52,869 bases of DNA, taken from positions 16,662 through 69,530 of the forward strand of contig NMRA01000721.1 in assembly GCA_002633005.1 (NCBI GenBank). The letters run 5' to 3'. Shown piece by piece: positions 48,615 to 52,869 of the stretch. Both the position numbers and the translations under genes were made by a program. The DNA is from Phoronis australis. Taxonomy: Eukaryota; Animalia; Phoronida. Positions within the stretch are counted from its first letter, which is position 1; every line of letters begins with the position of its first letter. The notes under the pieces were generated by a model that saw only the letters and a program-made list of their open reading frames with translations, had not been told where the DNA came from and did not search any database.

Positions 48615-49318
48615 CTGAAAAGTTGAACAGCATGTTTAGCAAAATGGAAATCTTATTTGAACTGTTGCCAAACGCAAACTTAGCGTTTAACTGTATATCT
48701 CAGCTGTAAAATGTACTGGACGCAGTCACGCATACACACTTATACCGTTTACTGCTACACAAATATTTTTATGTTCATTTCAATGAAAACGTAATATGAG
48801 TAGTCTCATTAAATTGTAAATATGCAAATGAAGTTCGAATTCACAAACAACCCTGACTGCTACGGTAAGTCGGAAACCATAGGAGAACCGGTTACCACTT
48901 CAATTAAGAGAAAGTCTCGTTAGGTGAGATTATTGTTTTGTAAATAGTAATATCTCATGATCACTCCAATGAAACAAGGCAAACTTTTTAGTATGTGGTC
49001 ATTTCAGATTACGTTTACGTGATAATTGGATGTTCCTTCCTGTTCTGATAGAGTGATGGTGTTTTCATTAAAATCTTTTCATTTACAAATTGTTTTACAT
49101 CCTAATTATACTTGTATACACTGTTCTTTTGCCAGTCACTAAGTGGCGATAGCTCAAATTTAAAAACATTCACGGTTTTGATGAAAAATAACATCTTTAA
49201 CACAGGGCATTACTTCTTTTTCAGAATAATAAAACAACAGAGGTCTTCACATAGAACTACTACATCTCCACAAGTGGAAGTTGAGTGTACACGAGAAGTA
49301 GGTCAACATCTGTCATAC

Positions 49319-49491
49319 CAAGTTCATTTATTTCACGCGACAGTGCCTCCACTCGTTGTTTAACTGCGTTCAGACGGAGCAGGCCCAAGGTACTTATTAA
49401 GTCGCTATATTCCCCAACTGCAATTACCGCTTGACTCTCAAGCTGCTTGAGAAGTTCCCTAGTGTTTGTTATGTTCTGCAGTATTGCTGGT
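49319..49491 (-). CDS. Death effector domain exon (C-terminal part of the domain)
   Basis: ttttcag acceptor and GTATGA donor; PAILQNITNTRELLKQLESQAVIAVGEYSDLISTLGLLRLNAVKQRVEAL matches the DED pattern; phase-2 start fits the upstream exon. Confidence 0.85.
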
Positions 49492-51973
49492 CTGAAAACA
49501 AAAAAAGCATTCACGAACACTTCAATCTAAAATCACGCCTGCTCAAATAACTCTGAGTAAAGATTGCACATCAGAATACACAAAAAGCTTTTCACAACAC
49601 AAAACAGGATTATATATAATGTCTCAGTTGAATAACATTTTAATCCGAGTTTGCACTTCATGACATTAATTTGAGTTTCGAAGTGAAGTCTCATGGTTTC
49701 ATTCAAGGTTTAAGCTCGAATCTAGGGTCCATCAGATGAGAACTTGGTAATATAACACCATTTTTACAAACCGAACTGAACTCAGGCACAGAATAAAAAA
49801 TATTTACTTTACCAGAGTTCACACAAAAGGAGAACGGAAAATGCAAATTTTCAAATTTGATTTCGAGTACTCGAACATTTAGATCTCATTATGAGAATTT
49901 CGAATATAAGACCAGAATTTGGGACGTGTCAACGGAACTACCGGCAGCACTGGATAGACAAATGCACCGCCAGGCTTTGATCTGCACATGTGTGCATTTT
50001 ATCCCGTTCATTCCAGAAAGAGTCTTATTTTAAACACCATAGGCCGACACTAGTAAACTTAAATGTAACTAGCGCTTCCAAGGGGATCAAAGCAAGTCAA
50101 GAATGTCCTCTTCAACAGCTGCATACCTGCCATTCGGATTTATCCTCTTAGAAATAAGGACTGGGAAGACAGAGGACAAACAGATAGGCTTATTCGACCC
50201 CCCCCCCCGAGCCCTCCCCCCGGGGTGCGTGCATGTATTGTTGCCAAATTCAGTGATTATATTCCAAGGAACTGATGTTGAATTGCAGTGTAATCAATAT
50301 ATAATTTTTACAAAAGGGCAAGTTTACTGATTATGTTGACAGTGGTTAGTTCAATCGATCCGGAGATGCCGAAACAGTCAGATGGTAATACAAATGACCA
50401 CGGGGTGGATTACTATCAGTTGAATCCATCAAACGCGTCAGTTTCTTTTAAATAATCTCTCAAGGAATCTTTAGATATAGGGGAGGAAATGTAAAAAACT
50501 TCGGTGATCGACTCATTCTGAAAATCCTTGTCAACCGTTGTCATGCTCATTATAATACATCAGACAGATCCAGTAAAGATCTCGCAAAACGTTTAGGATC
50601 AGATATAGCAACAGATTAAAAGTGAATAATTACATGTACCACCAGAAGGTGCTATTCGGGGATTTCCAAAAGTCACAATTAGCATATGCCAGTTTTCACA
50701 CAGATGATTAGAAAGGAGACGTACAATGTACTCCAGTAAACAGACTAGGTGTCGTAAAATACCTCCACAGTACTCCATAATGAGATGATGTCATAGCCTC
50801 TTTAGTAGAAACGTGTATGGTAAATTTCAGGAAGATCTACATGTAAATAGTCTGAAGATACGGAGGAAACCAGAAAACAAAATAGCACTGAGGTGTGCCA
50901 GAGTGTAGTGGAGAACTATCCAAAAAGACTGTCAATCGGCTGCTCCCCATAAGGAACACAAATATCTTCATAATAATCTTTAAATTAGATTGGGCAATAG
51001 AAAAGCGGAATGCAGTCTAAAACAGACTGAATGAACAATGCAGACATCCATTATGTGCTTTAGAATACATCCAACAGAACGAGAAGTGTCTTCTGATTAA
51101 GAAACACATGTACCTAATCGTCATATGATAAGAAAAATTCATTCGGAAATGCAAACGTACAGGGAAATCCTAAGACCTAAAACCGCCGTAAAGGGACACA
51201 CAGCCGGCCAATCGGATCCGCACAAAATTTGGTAAAGCATTCAAATCTATGAAATGAACACGTCTTCAAACTTTCATTAACATCCATCAAGAGAACGTTA
51301 TTGACATCGTTGTTTTGTTACGGATGTATATTTCATCCTGCTAGGTTTTATAAATTGACCCAATTAATAACGTGTTGGTATATGATCACAACTCAAATTC
51401 AGTAGAATTTCTACTTTCAGAAATATAAACAATAAACGAGTGAAAATGTTCAGTTTCCTATATATTTTGTTAAATATACCGACAATTCGATAACGTCTGA
51501 CCTTAATTGCGTCAGCTTCACTGAGCATACACAAAACTACAACTTGTTCAGCAATAGGTGGCGCCAGTACTGGCATGTACACTTGGTGTTTCGGTTACTC
51601 ATCTCGAAAAGAGAATTTCGTGACTCAGATAATTCAAAACTACATGGAGACCTACTTTGACAATGAAACTAGTATATTCTGATATTTCGTTCAGAGCAAG
51701 GTGGGAGATTTTATTTTTACACCAAGGACAAAAAAATGGAATCGTAAAATAGCACAGGCAAACAGCCGAAATCCTTGTTTATTCTGTGACCGGAGTGTAT
51801 CTCTTCGGCTGTTTCTTAAGAGAATCAACCGCTTCGTAAGCATTTCATTGTAATTTGGAAGTAAATTGCGGTTCTTGACCGGCCAATGCAATGTTGAGGA
51901 TAATTGTAAAATGATTTGATACACTCTTACTGGATCAATTGCATTCACAAAAATGAAATGTTGTTTTGCTTAC

Positions 51974-52085
51974 GTAATCCAAAGTTCACAGAATGACTTT
52001 AGTCTTGCAAAATCACGATCGATGATTCCGTCAGCAACCTCCAATAGTAGCTTTTGATGAACTTCTGCTCGCCGTATTCGTGTTT
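51974..52085 (-). CDS. Death effector domain exon (N-terminal part of the domain)
   Basis: ttttcag acceptor and GTAAGC donor; HQKLLLEVADGIIDRDFARLKSFCELWIT matches the DED start (Y..LL..I.D.L...D...LKFLC...I). Confidence 0.85.
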
Positions 52086-52659
52086 CTGAAAATATATTGG
52101 CAAGTGTATTTAGAATTTTAACGGCTTTGATAGATGTCTTGGTTAGTTTGCACATAATTCAACGCTGTTCTAGAGGTTCCCTGATTTAGTTCAAATGCTC
52201 ATCCATCTCTTGTACGAGAAACCCTGCCACCAAGAAGTGCCCTGATTGTTCGTGAAAGTTGGCACAATTTGGCAAATTATCCCACTCTAAAAATAAGTTA
52301 AAGGAGAAAAAATTTCTAAAAATGTAATTGTGCATGTACTTTCTATATCTCTCTGGCGTGAAGTCGTGATCACGAAACGGACGAAACTGACCGCGCTTAT
52401 AGACAGTAACTAATATACAAGTTAACTTGCCAGGAATTCGTATCTACATGTATTTGTCGAGCGACTTAAGTTATACAATTGCTTATATTCGGTCATTGAT
52501 AAATAACGACTGCACAACAATTCGCCTTTGTGCTTGGAACCCTGTCGCTAATAGTGTGAATTACCATGGTACTGGCTAAAACACTGTTATTAGCTTAGAG
52601 AACTAAAAATTTAATACGCTGTTAATCATTAATTGATACTTCAGCCCATCAGCAATAAT

Positions 52660-52869
52660 GTTTACCGTGTATTACACAGCAACACCACCACATGACCATG
52701 TGTTATATAGCCACATCACCACATGACCATGTGTCATATAGCCACATCACTACATGACCATGTATTACATAGCCACATCACCACATGACCATGTATTACA
52801 TAGCCACATCACCACATGACCATGTATTACATAGCCACATCACCACATGACCATGTATTACATAGCCAC
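52660..52869 (+). repeat. 31-bp minisatellite, copy B (runs off the window)
   Basis: At least 6 units with the same consensus as 3590-3850. Confidence 0.95.

Noticed and set aside
50630-51060. RTE-like LINE tail in the DED intron
   Set aside because: Too degenerate; no intact GH..R or GRP motifs.
52185-52286. Upstream exon of the DED gene
   Set aside because: A good acceptor is present, but all frames stop before a convincing donor.

Overview
AT-rich eukaryotic (invertebrate-looking) genomic DNA with four N-gaps. There is no prokaryotic operon, CRISPR array, rRNA or tRNA. Most of the window is a nested graveyard of transposable elements: a decayed LOA/Lian-type LINE (RT + RNase H), a CR1-group LINE whose endonuclease is preceded by a canonical 2A/StopGo peptide (LLLAGDVEENPGP), a 5.1-kb CACTA/EnSpm-type element with palindromic AAACTTAAGTTT subterminal arrays, a P-like element (7-bp TSD), Harbinger/ISL2EU-type elements, a frameshifted THAP domain, at least five GC-rich MITEs with 5-bp TSDs, and a solo LTR carrying a heat-shock element-TATA-Inr promoter. 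The one convincing host gene is the spliced 3' end of a minus-strand gene encoding a C-terminal death effector domain (exons at about 52.0, 49.4 and 48.6 kb), which the ORF track splits into fragments. I cannot establish a genuinely new system from sequence alone. The best leads are the DED gene, the 2A-LINE, the HSE-LTR and the CACTA element. All family assignments come from remembered motifs, not database searches.
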